From Thermoanaerobaculia bacterium (GTDB lineage: Bacteria > Acidobacteriota > Thermoanaerobaculia > Multivoradales > Multivoraceae), in assembly GCA_963664405.1 (NCBI GenBank), contig OY761158.1:3552001-3616000 (forward strand): 64,000 bases of DNA, read 5' to 3'. The position numbers were made by a program, and so were the translations under genes. The notes beneath the pieces were generated by a model. The model was not told the origin of the DNA and searched no databases. It saw nothing but the letters and a program-made list of their open reading frames with translations. Shown here in pieces: positions 52,369 to 62,937 of the stretch (its first letter is position 1; the number at the start of each line of letters is the position of its first letter).

Positions 52369-54867
52369 TCAGCCTGCTCGGCGAGCTCCTTGCCTTTCGA
52401 GGTCGTTGCGGTAGGACTCGACCAAGCAGCGAAGACCAACGTCCTCAGGCTCGATGGACAGCGCAGCCTGGAGCTCGACGATCGCCTCTCTCGTTCGCCC
52501 CCGCCGGAGGAGCCTTCGGGCCGCGGCCACCTTGGAATCGACCTTGTCGTCGAGTCGGCGCTGTTCGAGCCTCGTGAGTCGTTCTTCGAGCACCGCAAAG
52601 CGTTCGTCGTTGCCGAGCTCGGCGATTCTGCGCGAGAGCAGCTTCCGGGCGGTTGCGATGTCGCTATGTTCGATAGCCTCTTCGATGGAGAGAATCGCGT
52701 TTTGGGTGGCAGTTCGCCGCTTCTGCTCAGCCGCTTCCTTGAGACGACAGCTCTTGAGCAGGTCTCGGGTCTCGGGGCGCTTGCGCAGCGCCGGAGTCTT
52801 TTCGAGCAAGCCGATGGCTTCTTCGAGTTTTTCCTCGTCGGCCAGGGCTTTCGCCTCCTGCAACAAGGCTTCGAGCTGACGGTTCTGCTGTGCCTCGTCG
52901 AGGGACCGGCGCGCCTCTCCTAGGGCCGACTCGTCGCCAAACAGCTTTTCGGCGTGTGCAAGCTGTTTTTGGGCGGCATCTAGACTGCCCTGCTCGAGCA
53001 GGCGTTGGATGCCGACTACAGCTTCTTCGAGAGCCTCGAGGCGCCTGTGTTCCTCCCGTTTTTGCGCGAGGGCGCTGCGGTACTCGTCCCAGAGCCGCAG
53101 TGCTTCGGGGTGCTCCGGTTGCACCCGGAGCGCCTCCGCGGACTCTGCTTCCGCGCTCTCCCAGTCCCCGGATTCGGCCTGCGCTGCCGCGGCGGCCAAG
53201 AGCTTTTGGATCTGCGCGTCGCGCTCGCGTGCAGCGAGCTCTTCTCGTTTATCGACGACGCGTTGCTCGACTTTCGTGAACGCCGCATTGTCACCCTGCT
53301 GTTGACGGTACACATCGAGGAGCCTTTGGGCAGCTGTAACGTTCTCACGGGCCAGCTCTACCTCGACGAAGGCAACAGAGTCCTGGATCGCCCGTCTCTG
53401 TAGCTGGTCGGCCAACTCCTGTTGGTAGGTCTCGAGCAGACCTTTCGTCGCTGGGTCGTCGGGTCGCGCACTGAGAACCGTTTCGAGCTTATCGATTGCA
53501 GCAGGAAGATCGGTGGCGGCGAGCAGGGCAGCTTCCGCCGCCAGCTCTGTCTCCTTTTGGTGTTTGCCCGCTGCTTCGATCGTGGCCTGCTCGAGCTTGC
53601 TCTCGACCGTCGCCAGCATGTTGCGAGCGAGAGTGTCATCGGGCTGCATCGAAAGGACTCGGTGCAGCCGCTTCTGCGCCTCTTCGAGCTCGCCGTTGCG
53701 AAGACGCTGCTCGGCCTCGGCGATCAGGGTCGCGACCAGGCCGCTGGAGTTGTCTATTACGAGGGTCAGGTGCGGGTTGTGGCCTGAGTCCTCGTCGCGC
53801 TGGACGGGGTTGTTCGCTACCGGCGGTGGGGTATCGGAGTCGGCCTTGATCTCCCCCGAGCCCCCCTCCGGATCGGCCGGAAGCCGAGTGTCAACAGCCC
53901 TACTGAGGGCATCGTCGAGATCCTGCTTAGGGCTGACCTCCCCCTCCCCCGTCCCGATCATCTCGAGCAACTCCTCAGCCGAAGCCGGCCGCTTTTCCGG
54001 ATCCTTCTCGAGTGTCCTCAGGATGGCCTCGCGCAGATTCTCTGCAACCCTGCCATCGGGGTCAGTGGTGGCGAAGTCGAGCGGCTGGGCGAAGCGGTGT
54101 GCCCACATGAACTCGCTGGTCTTGGCTCCGCTCAGAGGGAAAGTACCCGTGAGCAGCTCGTAGAGGAGCAGCCCGAATGAGTAGAGATCGGTGGCGGGTC
54201 CGGGAGAGGAGTCTGCTCCCGACCACTGCTCAGGCGCGGAGTACTTGATTTTGCCGAGAAAGGCTCCGCTACCGGTGAGCTCGTGGTGAGAGTCGTCCAA
54301 GTGCTTGACGATGCCCAGGTCGATGAGCTTGATCACCGGCTTGCTATCGGCGTCGCGGGCCACCATTACGTTCTCTGGACTGATGTCTCGATGTACGTAG
54401 CCGTGGCGATGGAGGAAACCGAGGCCGCTGAGCGCCTGGCGCGCTATCTCCATGCACAGACTGACGCTCGGGAGTCGTTCGGTGGCGAGAATCTCTCGGA
54501 CCGTGACTCCCTCGATGTACTCCATCACCATGTAGGCGACATTGCGGTGGTCAACGGAGTAGTCGTGAAGGCGAACGATATTGGGGTGCTCCAGCAGAGT
54601 GACGGCCCGCGCCTCACGGAGGAATCGCCTCTGGGTCGGTTCGTCATCGGAGAATTGCGGGCGGATCGTCTTGATGATGCGAATGACATCGAGTTGGCGA
54701 TGCTTAACCAAATAGAGGGCGCCCATGCCGCCTTCCTTGATCGGGCGGAGAAGCTCGTACTTGTCCTCTATCTCTTGGGATAGTGGCTGCGTCGCCTCTT
54801 GGGATAGTGGCTGCGTCGCCCGCTCTTGGGCTTCGAGGCGTCGGATGGAAGAGTCGCTTTCGGACAT
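52369..54867 (-). CDS. Hanks-type Ser/Thr protein kinase with C-terminal TPR/helical repeats
   Basis: EGGMG, IIK, RRFLREA, HRDISPEN, DLG, YSAPE, DLYSFG; no TM segment. Confidence 0.92.
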   Translation of the reverse strand: MSESDSSIRRLEAQERATQPLSQEATQPLSQEIEDKYELLRPIKEGGMGALYLVKHRQLDVIRIIKTIRPQFSDDEPTQRRFLREARAVTLLEHPNIVRLHDYSVDHRNVAYMVMEYIEGVTVREILATERLPSVSLCMEIARQALSGLGFLHRHGYVHRDISPENVMVARDADSKPVIKLIDLGIVKHLDDSHHELTGSGAFLGKIKYSAPEQWSGADSSPGPATDLYSFGLLLYELLTGTFPLSGAKTSEFMWAHRFAQPLDFATTDPDGRVAENLREAILRTLEKDPEKRPASAEELLEMIGTGEGEVSPKQDLDDALSRAVDTRLPADPEGGSGEIKADSDTPPPVANNPVQRDEDSGHNPHLTLVIDNSSGLVATLIAEAEQRLRNGELEEAQKRLHRVLSMQPDDTLARNMLATVESKLEQATIEAAGKHQKETELAAEAALLAATDLPAAIDKLETVLSARPDDPATKGLLETYQQELADQLQRRAIQDSVAFVEVELARENVTAAQRLLDVYRQQQGDNAAFTKVEQRVVDKREELAARERDAQIQKLLAAAAAQAESGDWESAEAESAEALRVQPEHPEALRLWDEYRSALAQKREEHRRLEALEEAVVGIQRLLEQGSLDAAQKQLAHAEKLFGDESALGEARRSLDEAQQNRQLEALLQEAKALADEEKLEEAIGLLEKTPALRKRPETRDLLKSCRLKEAAEQKRRTATQNAILSIEEAIEHSDIATARKLLSRRIAELGNDERFAVLEERLTRLEQRRLDDKVDSKVAAARRLLRRGRTREAIVELQAALSIEPEDVGLRCLVESYRNDLERQGARRAG
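54772..54819. repeat. 24-bp perfect tandem duplication (ATQPLSQE x2) in the kinase N-terminus
   Basis: CTCTTGGGATAGTGGCTGCGTCGC occurs twice head-to-tail. Confidence 0.9.
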
Positions 54868-54974
54868 ATCGAGCCTTAGTTGCCACGGCACCGCTGCCGC
54901 GGGGGATCGATAAGGATACCACGATAGCCATGTTGCGATACGCGCAAAGGCTATTATCGTCGCCGACTAAAAGG

Positions 54975-57034
54975 CTACTGAAGCTCGATCGGAGCCTCGG
55001 CGCGGAGCCGAAGCTCGAGCCCTCTACCTATGTCGAGCAGCCTTAGACGGTTGCCGGCACTATCGAAGAACCAGGCCCCTTCGGTGGCGCCGTTGGCAGC
55101 GACCAGGGGAACGAAAGTCCAGACTCGAGTGAGCTCGCTCTGTTGCGCACGAAAGAGAGTACCGGTGGCTCGGGCCGGCAGCTCTTGTGTGTTTGTGTCG
55201 ACTCGCTCGAGGATGGCCGCCGTGCCGTTAACGGAATCGACGACCAGAACGTTTCTCGTGGCGCCGGACCCGTTCTGGACCGGCACGGCTAGAAAGCGTT
55301 GTCCAACGACAGACCCCGCGTCTCTGGGAAAGACGCTGAAGAGATTGTAGGGCTGTTTCTTTGCTTCTGACAGATGGCCGCTCTCGGCAACTTCGATACG
55401 GTGCACGTCGCCCGAGCCTCCGTCCAGGACCATGAAGGCGACGGTCGCACCATTCGCTGCCTGTAACTCGACCGTTGCAACCGGGCCTTCCAGGGTTGGC
55501 AGGCCGTTCAGAGAGATCGGCGGCGGCAGAGTCGAGCTCTTGTTGATGCCGGGAAAGCGAAGGCCCTGACCGGTGCTGGCACTGTAAAGGTAGGCGTCTT
55601 GCGTTGCGCCCGTGCCGCTACGCCGCATCAGGAGGGTGAAGCGAGGATCGTCGCCGGCGACCGGAGCTGCGGGTAGTCCGGTGAAGCGACGGAACGAGAT
55701 ATTCCGTGCTGGGCCCCCGAGCTCGGTGAACATGCCGGACGCCCCGGAGGTGGTGTCGAAGACGAGGACTGCCTCGACCTGCCCGCTCTTTGCCCGAATC
55801 TCACCGCTGACAATCTCGCCCGAAAGCGCTGGGACTCCGGCTTCCCTCCCCAGGCTGGTTAGGAGGTTCGTGCTGAGGGCCGTATATTCGTAGGGCTGCT
55901 TCGTCAAGTCGCGTTTGAGCTTTTCTACGAGTGCGACGCTTCCCGTCTTGAGGCTCGCCAAGAGGAAAGCCCCGGTGGATTCGTCGTCGCTGTAGATCGG
56001 GCTGGCGAGGAAGGGTGCGAGCGCGGTGCGAACCCTGGCGACCTCCGCTAGGTCCAGCTCTCTCAATCTCTGGGCTTGCTGATCCGCGGGCCAGTTCGCC
56101 AAGTGCTCCTCCCATAGGCTACGTACGGAAGATTGATTGCCTCTTGCGATTGCCGTTCGTGTGGCCTTGCTGGTAGCGATGCGGCGCTGCTCCACCATCG
56201 CGGAGAGCGCATCTTTCTCGCCTGTCTCGGCTCTTGGGTCTTCGGGCCAATCCTTCCGATAGGCTTCCCACAGCTCCGCAAAGGTCTCTGATTGACCTCT
56301 CTCTGCCGCCCTCAGGGCTCCCTCCTGAGTCCGTTTCCAGGCGTCTTCCCGGACTCAGAGGGCCAGTTCGTGGTCCCCGGCCGTACCTCCAGCATCTTGC
56401 GAGCGTAGAAGACCTGCTGAGTTAGGTCACTTTCCTTGATGCCGTTGCGGATGCCGGTCTCCCAATAGGCGACGTTGCCCTCATTGCTGGCGCGGAAATT
56501 CTCTTCCTCCAGTCGCGTCTGGGCGTCGTCGAGGGCCCTCTTGGCCATCAAGTCCTCAGGGTCGAGCATCAGCAGTCGCTCGAATGTGGCCACGGCACTT
56601 TCCCAATCCCCCTGATCGAGCTGGTCGGAGCCCTTTTGGAGGAGGAGAAGCGGATCGTCGTCCCGAGCCGCGTTCTCGGAGAGCTCGACGTAGAAACCGA
56701 TCTCGACTCTGTCCGCGCTGCCACGTACGAAGCGGGCCCAAGAGATGTCGGGTCCTACGGTGGTGATCTCGAAAGTCGCCGGACAGCCCTTTCTGGTCTG
56801 GTCACCCACAGTCAGCTCGGTGCAGACGCTTCCCGTCATTCCTTCTTCCAGGCCTGCGTTGCTACCGGCATCGAGGCCGAAGCCGTTATCGGTGACGTCG
56901 GTTACCAAGACCACCTGCTCAGCGTTGGCAGCGAGTGCCGCGAGCATGATCACGCCGCAGGTGGCGCGGAGGCCGCGACTCCGTAGAAGCAAAGAGAACC
57001 GGCCTCCGAAGGTGAGGAGGGACTTCGCGGTCAC
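54975..57034 (-). pseudogene. Probable single secreted protein gene (FlgT-C-like domain, TPR, beta-rich repeats) split by a frameshift near 56.35-56.38 kb into ORFs 56312-57034 and 54975-56198
   Basis: The downstream frame stays open and protein-like up to 56354 and overlaps the end of the upstream ORF; no obvious RBS at 56198. Confidence 0.6.
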
Positions 57035-58914
57035 GAGAGATTCGACTCTGTCGCCGTTGTTGGTCCGTGCAATCGGGAGCTCATCTCTCTTCGCTGCGAC
57101 AATAAGGCTTCTCGAACTTCGTCGATCGCCTGATGCGCGGCAGCATGCCGCCGAGCCGGGTCGCGCGGGAGAAGTCCGCCGAGAATCTCGGCAATCGGTG
57201 CTGAAACATAGTCCGTCGAGGTCGCGAAGTCGCCACCTGCAGCCTCGCGCAGTTGCGGGAGCTGGCCGGTGACAGCCTCGACAAAGAGTACGCCAAGCGA
57301 GAAGAGGTCCGACGCGGGGCTTGGAGAGTGCCCTTCGAGCACCTCGGGAGCGGTATAGGGAAGGCCCCTTGAGGCGGTGGCCGGGTTGCCTTCGATGCCG
57401 TAGTCCAGAAGCTTGAGATCTTGAATCGGGCCCAGCTTGTCGAAGGTGACCTGGACCGTTTCAGGCTGTAGGTGTCGGTGGACAACGGGAGGCGATAGAG
57501 AGTGCGCATAGTCGAGGGCGTGAAGGATGGGCAGGATGACCTGGCCAAGAGCTTCGACCTCTGGGAGCGAACCGAATTGCTCAAGGTACTGGCGCAGTGT
57601 CAGGCCCTCACGGCGATCGGTGATGTAGTAGGGGCGCTGAAATTTGGCTTCGACTCCTTCGTCGTACACGGGCGAGATGTAGCGGTTGTTCAGCCGCCTG
57701 CTCTGGTTGGCATCGTGCAGGAAGCGTTCGACCGCCTGAGGGTCGGGGACAGTGGCTGGCGGCGGGAGCTTGACAACATAGGGGCCACCCTCACCTTCGA
57801 CCGGCTCCACCAGGTAGCTCTCACTGCCCTGGGCATCGTCGGCGCGCTCGAGGAGGCGGTAGTTCGGGATTTGGAGTAGCCCAGCGCTCTCCTCGGCTGC
57901 TGAAGAATCCTGGCCGATGGAATCTTTTCGAGATACTTCAGTCTTGGGGAGTCGCCGTCGCCACCGCAGAATCGCGAGAACCAGGGCCAGAACCACCGCA
58001 CCGAGCGCACCGAGAGCCCACGCCGGCAGCCCCGCTTCTTGGGGTGAGAGTGCGCCCCCTCGGTTTGGCGAGATCTTGTCTCCTTGGATGGACTCCGCCG
58101 CAACGCTCGAATCGGTTGGATCCGGGTGCGGCCGAGGCGGCGCCGGGAGGTCGATTGCCTGTTGTGCCGGCTGCGCGGGGTACTCCTCCGGGAGCGAGGG
58201 GACCACGACTGGCGGTTCGGCCGGGATGGCATGGTTTTCGATCTGCTTGTGGGCGCCGGCGTCCTCCTCCAGCTCCTCCTCCGTCAAGCTGTTTGGTGGA
58301 AGCTCCGCGGCGCTCTCGATCGGAGGAGTCTCGATAGCCTCAGGCTTGGGCACCCGGCGAGGCTCGATTCGCTCCAGGATGAGGGGAGGGAGAAAGTCGA
58401 TTCCTGGTTCGGTCCGGAAGATCTCGGCAATGGTTCGGTAGCCGTCCTTACGGGCTTCGATGCGGAAATCGCGACCCTCGACGAGGGGAAGCTCGATCCG
58501 TCCGAGGGAGTCGGTCCGCCCCTCATAGAGGCGGTCGACGTAGACGCGGGCCCCAGCCACCTCGGTCTCCAAGATGTAGCCCTTGGTTTGCGCTCCGAGG
58601 TCACTTTCGCCCACCAGGATGAAGTGCAGGGAGACCCCGCTCTCGAAGTGACGAGAGGCGTGCATGGTCTTGCCTTGCTTCTGCAGGCTGACGACGTGTG
58701 AGCCCGGCTCGATATCGACGGCGACGCGGCCCGCGAAGTCGGTGATGCCGACGACGAGATCGCCGATTCGAACCTCGACGTCTTCGATCTGCGGTGTGAG
58801 CTCGATTACAAAAACCTCTGCATCCAGTCCGCTTGCCGACAGGCAGGCGAGGGCGCTGCAGCCAAGCCACCGAGCGAAGAGGCGTCGATTCGTCGAAGAG
58901 CTTCTGGAGATCAT
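57031..58914 (-). CDS. Membrane receptor-like pseudokinase: signal peptide, two PEGA-like domains, Pro-rich linker, TM, degenerate kinase domain
   Basis: GARVYVD..Y.G.T...KDGY; TM WALGALGAVVLALVLAILRWRRR; VVK, HRHLQPET, DYG, YTAPE, SDLFSLG. Confidence 0.8.
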   Translation of the reverse strand: MISRSSSTNRRLFARWLGCSALACLSASGLDAEVFVIELTPQIEDVEVRIGDLVVGITDFAGRVAVDIEPGSHVVSLQKQGKTMHASRHFESGVSLHFILVGESDLGAQTKGYILETEVAGARVYVDRLYEGRTDSLGRIELPLVEGRDFRIEARKDGYRTIAEIFRTEPGIDFLPPLILERIEPRRVPKPEAIETPPIESAAELPPNSLTEEELEEDAGAHKQIENHAIPAEPPVVVPSLPEEYPAQPAQQAIDLPAPPRPHPDPTDSSVAAESIQGDKISPNRGGALSPQEAGLPAWALGALGAVVLALVLAILRWRRRLPKTEVSRKDSIGQDSSAAEESAGLLQIPNYRLLERADDAQGSESYLVEPVEGEGGPYVVKLPPPATVPDPQAVERFLHDANQSRRLNNRYISPVYDEGVEAKFQRPYYITDRREGLTLRQYLEQFGSLPEVEALGQVILPILHALDYAHSLSPPVVHRHLQPETVQVTFDKLGPIQDLKLLDYGIEGNPATASRGLPYTAPEVLEGHSPSPASDLFSLGVLFVEAVTGQLPQLREAAGGDFATSTDYVSAPIAEILGGLLPRDPARRHAAAHQAIDEVREALLSQRREMSSRLHGPTTATESNLS

Positions 58915-59060
58915 GTTGGCACGAGAGTCGGTAGGCTTCTTCGACGAGGGTGCCAAACGAAGCCGAACAAATAAAGCGACTTAGAAGGGTATCATGCGCG
59001 GGCCGATGCGAGTCCCGGCGGCCTGTGCGAGGGCCCTTCACCCGGTCGGTCCCCCAAGCT

Positions 59061-60140
59061 ATGAATAGGCGCAAGAGCCGGATCGAAGAGCGCTTGGTCG
59101 AGCGGACTCGGCAAGACGGTCCGCTTACTTTTGCCGAGGTAATGGAGGAGGCGCTGTACGGTGAGGGAGGCTACTATGCCGGAAGCTCGACTCCCATCGG
59201 CATCGATGGCGATTTCGTCACCGGCTCGAGCTTTTCTCCACTCTTCGGCAGGTCGACGGCTAGGGTGCTTGCCCGTCTTGGCAGGGCGCTGGGGGCCCCG
59301 GCCGACTATCTCGAAGTCGGGCAAGGTAGCGGCGAACATCTCACGAACGTTGCCGAAGCGACTGCCGCGTTGCCTTCGGGTCGGATCTTGGCCTGCGATC
59401 GGGTGCCCCGGCCCGCACCTGGGAACGTCGAGCAGATCGACGATCTCGGTTCATTGGCGAAGGGCGAGCTCAGTGGACTCGTCTTCTCCTACGAGCTCTT
59501 TGACGCTCAGCCGATCCACCGATTGGTGGGGCGGGCGGGAGGACTCGGTGAGGTCTGGGTGAGTGCCGACCCAGAAGGCCGACTTCGCTTCGAGGAAGGG
59601 GATCTTTCGGACCCGGAGCTGGCGTCGCTGCTCAGCGGCGCGAGCCTCGAGCCGGGGCAAATTGCCGACTTGAGCCCCGACTGGCGCCCCCTCTATCGCG
59701 CTCTGGTTGCTCCTTTAGCGCGGGGTCTGGTCGTGACCTGCGACTATGGCTTCGAGCGTTCAGCGCTGCTCGATTCGAGGATCCGGCGACTCGGCACGCT
59801 CGCCTGCTATCGCGAGCAGCGGGTGCACCGGGACCCCCTGCGTGCGCTTGGCGAAGACGATCTCACGGCCCACGTCGACTTCACGGCGTTGCGCGAGACC
59901 GGAGAGGAGCTCGGTCTCGAGACAGTGACTCTTACCCGCCAGGCTCGCTGGCTCCTGGCGGCGGGGCTCTTCGAGGATCTCGAGGGCGCGGATGCGGCGC
60001 TGCGCAACCAGGCGATGACTCTTCTCGACGGCGATGGAATGGGTGAAGAGATCCGCGTCCTGGTGCAGGCGAAGGGTGTCGACCTCGACCGCGTGCTGCC
60101 CCGTGAGATACTCGGTGAAGTCGGTTACGAATCGCCTTGA
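59061..60140 (+). CDS. SAM-dependent methyltransferase, MidA/NDUFAF7 family
   Basis: GPLTFAEVMEEALY..GGYY, GDFVT, EVGQGSG, YELFDAQP, CDYG, DLTAHVDF. Confidence 0.9.
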   Translation: MNRRKSRIEERLVERTRQDGPLTFAEVMEEALYGEGGYYAGSSTPIGIDGDFVTGSSFSPLFGRSTARVLARLGRALGAPADYLEVGQGSGEHLTNVAEATAALPSGRILACDRVPRPAPGNVEQIDDLGSLAKGELSGLVFSYELFDAQPIHRLVGRAGGLGEVWVSADPEGRLRFEEGDLSDPELASLLSGASLEPGQIADLSPDWRPLYRALVAPLARGLVVTCDYGFERSALLDSRIRRLGTLACYREQRVHRDPLRALGEDDLTAHVDFTALRETGEELGLETVTLTRQARWLLAAGLFEDLEGADAALRNQAMTLLDGDGMGEEIRVLVQAKGVDLDRVLPREILGEVGYESP

Positions 60141-60164
60141 CTCGCGACTCCGAGAGGGTAGAAT
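60137..60164 (+). promoter_or_regulatory. Putative sigma70 promoter of the nuo operon
   Basis: TTGACT-16 bp-TAGAAT upstream of the GGAGG RBS of nuoA. Confidence 0.55.
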
Positions 60165-60203
60165 ATCGCCGCCGTACGGGCCCTGGAGGGCGGCCCCGCG
60201 TCC

Positions 60204-60560
60204 ATGCAACACTATCTGCCTATTCTTGTCTTCACTCTTGTCGTCGTGGGCTTCCTCATTGGCATGCTCCTGGTGGCGAAAGTGCTTCGCCATAACAGCA
60301 CCGGGCGGGTCAACCGTGACCCTTATGAGTGCGGCAACGAGCCGGAGAGTCTGGCGCTCCAGCACCGCTTTTCGATTCGTTATTACCTGATCGCTGTGCT
60401 CTTCGTGGTGTTTGATGTGGAGACGGTCTTTCTCTATCCGTGGGCCGTGATGTTCGATGAGCTCGCCCTCTTCGGCTTTATCGAAATGACGGTCTTCTTG
60501 CTCATCCTCGTCGTCGGCTATGCCTACGTATGGAAGAGAGGGGCGCTGGAATGGGCCTGA
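60204..60560 (+). CDS. nuoA: NADH-quinone oxidoreductase subunit A
   Basis: [28 protein letters not shown]. Confidence 0.97.
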   Translation: MQHYLPILVFTLVVVGFLIGMLLVAKVLRHNSTGRVNRDPYECGNEPESLALQHRFSIRYYLIAVLFVVFDVETVFLYPWAVMFDELALFGFIEMTVFLLILVVGYAYVWKRGALEWA

Positions 60561-61054
60561 GCGAAGCGTCTGAGGCCAACATCCTGACGACGACCTACGA
60601 CAAGGTCTTCAATTGGGCGCGCCGCTCCGCGGTGTGGCCGATGCAATTCGGACTCGCCTGCTGCGCGATCGAGATGATGGCGGTTATCGATCCGCGTCAC
60701 GATATGTCCCGCTTCGGAGCCGAGGTGTTCCGAGCGAGCCCGCGCCAGAGCGATCTGATGCTGGTTGCGGGTACCGTCACCGAGAAGATGGCGCCCATCA
60801 TCCGTCGTCTGTGGGATCAGATGCCGGACCCGAAGTGGTGTCTGGCGATGGGCGCCTGCGCCACTTGTGGTGGTCCGTACCGGACCTATGCGGTGACCCA
60901 AGGTGTGGATCGGATCGTACCGGTGGATGTCTACGTCCCTGGGTGTCCGCCGCGCCCCGAGGCACTGCTGTGGGGGCTGATGCACCTTCAACGCAAGATC
61001 GACCGCATGACGATTCGCAATCCCGCCCAACCGACGTCGCGGGTCGTTGCCTAG
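60551..61054 (+). CDS. nuoB: NADH-quinone oxidoreductase subunit B
   Basis: [32 protein letters not shown]. Confidence 0.97.
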   Translation: MGLSEASEANILTTTYDKVFNWARRSAVWPMQFGLACCAIEMMAVIDPRHDMSRFGAEVFRASPRQSDLMLVAGTVTEKMAPIIRRLWDQMPDPKWCLAMGACATCGGPYRTYAVTQGVDRIVPVDVYVPGCPPRPEALLWGLMHLQRKIDRMTIRNPAQPTSRVVA

Positions 61055-61066
61055 GGCTCCGGTTCG

Positions 61067-61807
61067 ATGAGCGAGAAAGATCCCGAAGAGGCTGCGAAGC
61101 CGGCCGCCGAGGCCGGGGCCGAGAAGGGGGTCGAAGCAAAGCCCCCTTGGTTGGAGAATCCGGTGGTTCCGGAGTGGATCGATGCCGGCGAAGACGAGCT
61201 GGTACTGGCACTGCGAGACTCTTGCCCTGATGCCGTCTCCAGCGCCCACAGTCTCGAGGGAGACCTCTCTTTGGTGGTGACCCGCGAAGGCGCGCTCGCG
61301 GTGGCGTCGAGCCTCAAGGAGGATCTCGGCTTTCGCTATTTCGTAGACGCCGCCGGGGCTGACTATCCGGACCGCGAAGAGCGTTTCGAGGTTGTCTACC
61401 ACGTGTACAACATAGACACTCAGAGGCGCGTCCGTTTCAAGATCGCGACCGGCGAAGAGGTCGCGGTACCGTCTCTCACTGGCGTTTGGCGGGGTGCGAA
61501 TTGGCCGGAGCGGGAGGCCTATGACATGTACGGAATTCTCTTCGAAGGGCACCCGGATCTAACCCGAATTCTGTTGTGGGAAGGCTTCAACGGATACCCC
61601 CTGCGAAAGGAGTTCCCGGTCGAGGGTATCGACACAGGCGCCGCTATCTACCCCGAGTACTACGGTCCTGAACAAGGCCCGATCTCCGGCGTCGGCACCG
61701 GTTGGATGGTTCCAAAGCCGCCGGAGCCTGTCGTCGAAGCGGCCGAGAGCGACGAGGTTGGCGCCGGTGAAGGCGAGGGAGAAGGAGAAGGAGAGTCGTC
61801 GGCTTGA
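61067..61807 (+). CDS. nuoC: NADH-quinone oxidoreductase subunit C
   Basis: RFEVVY, ANWPEREAYDMYG..FEGHPDL.RIL, YPLRKEFP. Confidence 0.95.
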   Translation: MSEKDPEEAAKPAAEAGAEKGVEAKPPWLENPVVPEWIDAGEDELVLALRDSCPDAVSSAHSLEGDLSLVVTREGALAVASSLKEDLGFRYFVDAAGADYPDREERFEVVYHVYNIDTQRRVRFKIATGEEVAVPSLTGVWRGANWPEREAYDMYGILFEGHPDLTRILLWEGFNGYPLRKEFPVEGIDTGAAIYPEYYGPEQGPISGVGTGWMVPKPPEPVVEAAESDEVGAGEGEGEGEGESSA

Positions 61808-62937
61808 GCGAGCTTCCTGAAAAGGGCCCAGAGACCCTCTTCGATCTCAAGGAGATGGAGCTCAACTTCGGGCCCCAGCATCCTTCGACTCACGGCGTCC
61901 TTCGGCTCAAGCTGAAGGTCGACGGCGAGCGTGTGCTCGACTGCTACCCGATCATCGGGTATCTACATCGAGGCACCGAGAAGCTCTTCGAGCTGCACCC
62001 TTATTTCCAGAACGTACCCCACACCGACCGCATGGACTACGTGGCGGCGGCCACCAACAACCTTGCCTACTGCGGTGCGGTCGAGAAACTGTGCGGGCTG
62101 GTCACTCCTCCTCGCGCGCGCTATATCCGCACCATCCTCTGTGAGCTGCAGCGGATCTCGAGCCATCTGCTCTGGCTTGCCACTCACGCCATCGACATCG
62201 GCGCGATGACCCCTTTCTTCTACTGCTTTCGCGAGCGAGAGCTGATTCTGGATCTGTTCGAGGAATACTGCGGCGCCCGCCTCACCCTGAACTGCATGCG
62301 TCCGGGAGGGCAGCCTCATGACCTACCCCTAGGTTGGACCGATCGCTGCCTGGAGTTCGTAGAGAGTTTTCCGGCCCATGTCGACGAGTACGAAGGCCTG
62401 CTCACCAACAACCGGATCTGGAAGACGCGTACGATCGGCATCGGTGTGCTGCCTCCGGAGCTGGCGCTCGACTACGGCATCTCGGGTCCAATGCTGCGCG
62501 GGAGTGGCGTCGATTGGGATCTGCGTAAGGCCCGCCCTTACGAGGCTTACGACGAAGTCGAATTCGACGTGCCGCTGGGAAAGAACGGCGATACCTACGA
62601 CCGATACCTGGTACGCATGGCGGAGATGCGACAGTCGGGGCGGATCATCAAGCAGTGCATCGACAAGCTTCCCGAAGGGCCGATCATGGCCAAGAAGCCG
62701 AGAGTGCTCAAGGCGCCGAAGGATTGTGAGGTCTACTTCAGCATCGAGGGGCCGAAGGGTGAGATCGGTTTCTACATCGTAGGCGACGGCACCACGAATC
62801 CATATCGCTGTCATGTGCGCGCGCCCTCTTTCATCAATCTGCAGGCCCTGCCCGATCTGGTGAGGAACCATCTCCTTGCGGACCTGGTGGCGATCATCGG
62901 CACCACCGACATTGTGCTTGGCGAGGTGGATCGCTGA
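61804..62937 (+). CDS. nuoD: NADH-quinone oxidoreductase subunit D
   Basis: NFGPQHPSTHGVLRL, GYLHRGTEK, DRMDY, GEVDR. Confidence 0.97.
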   Translation: MSELPEKGPETLFDLKEMELNFGPQHPSTHGVLRLKLKVDGERVLDCYPIIGYLHRGTEKLFELHPYFQNVPHTDRMDYVAAATNNLAYCGAVEKLCGLVTPPRARYIRTILCELQRISSHLLWLATHAIDIGAMTPFFYCFRERELILDLFEEYCGARLTLNCMRPGGQPHDLPLGWTDRCLEFVESFPAHVDEYEGLLTNNRIWKTRTIGIGVLPPELALDYGISGPMLRGSGVDWDLRKARPYEAYDEVEFDVPLGKNGDTYDRYLVRMAEMRQSGRIIKQCIDKLPEGPIMAKKPRVLKAPKDCEVYFSIEGPKGEIGFYIVGDGTTNPYRCHVRAPSFINLQALPDLVRNHLLADLVAIIGTTDIVLGEVDR

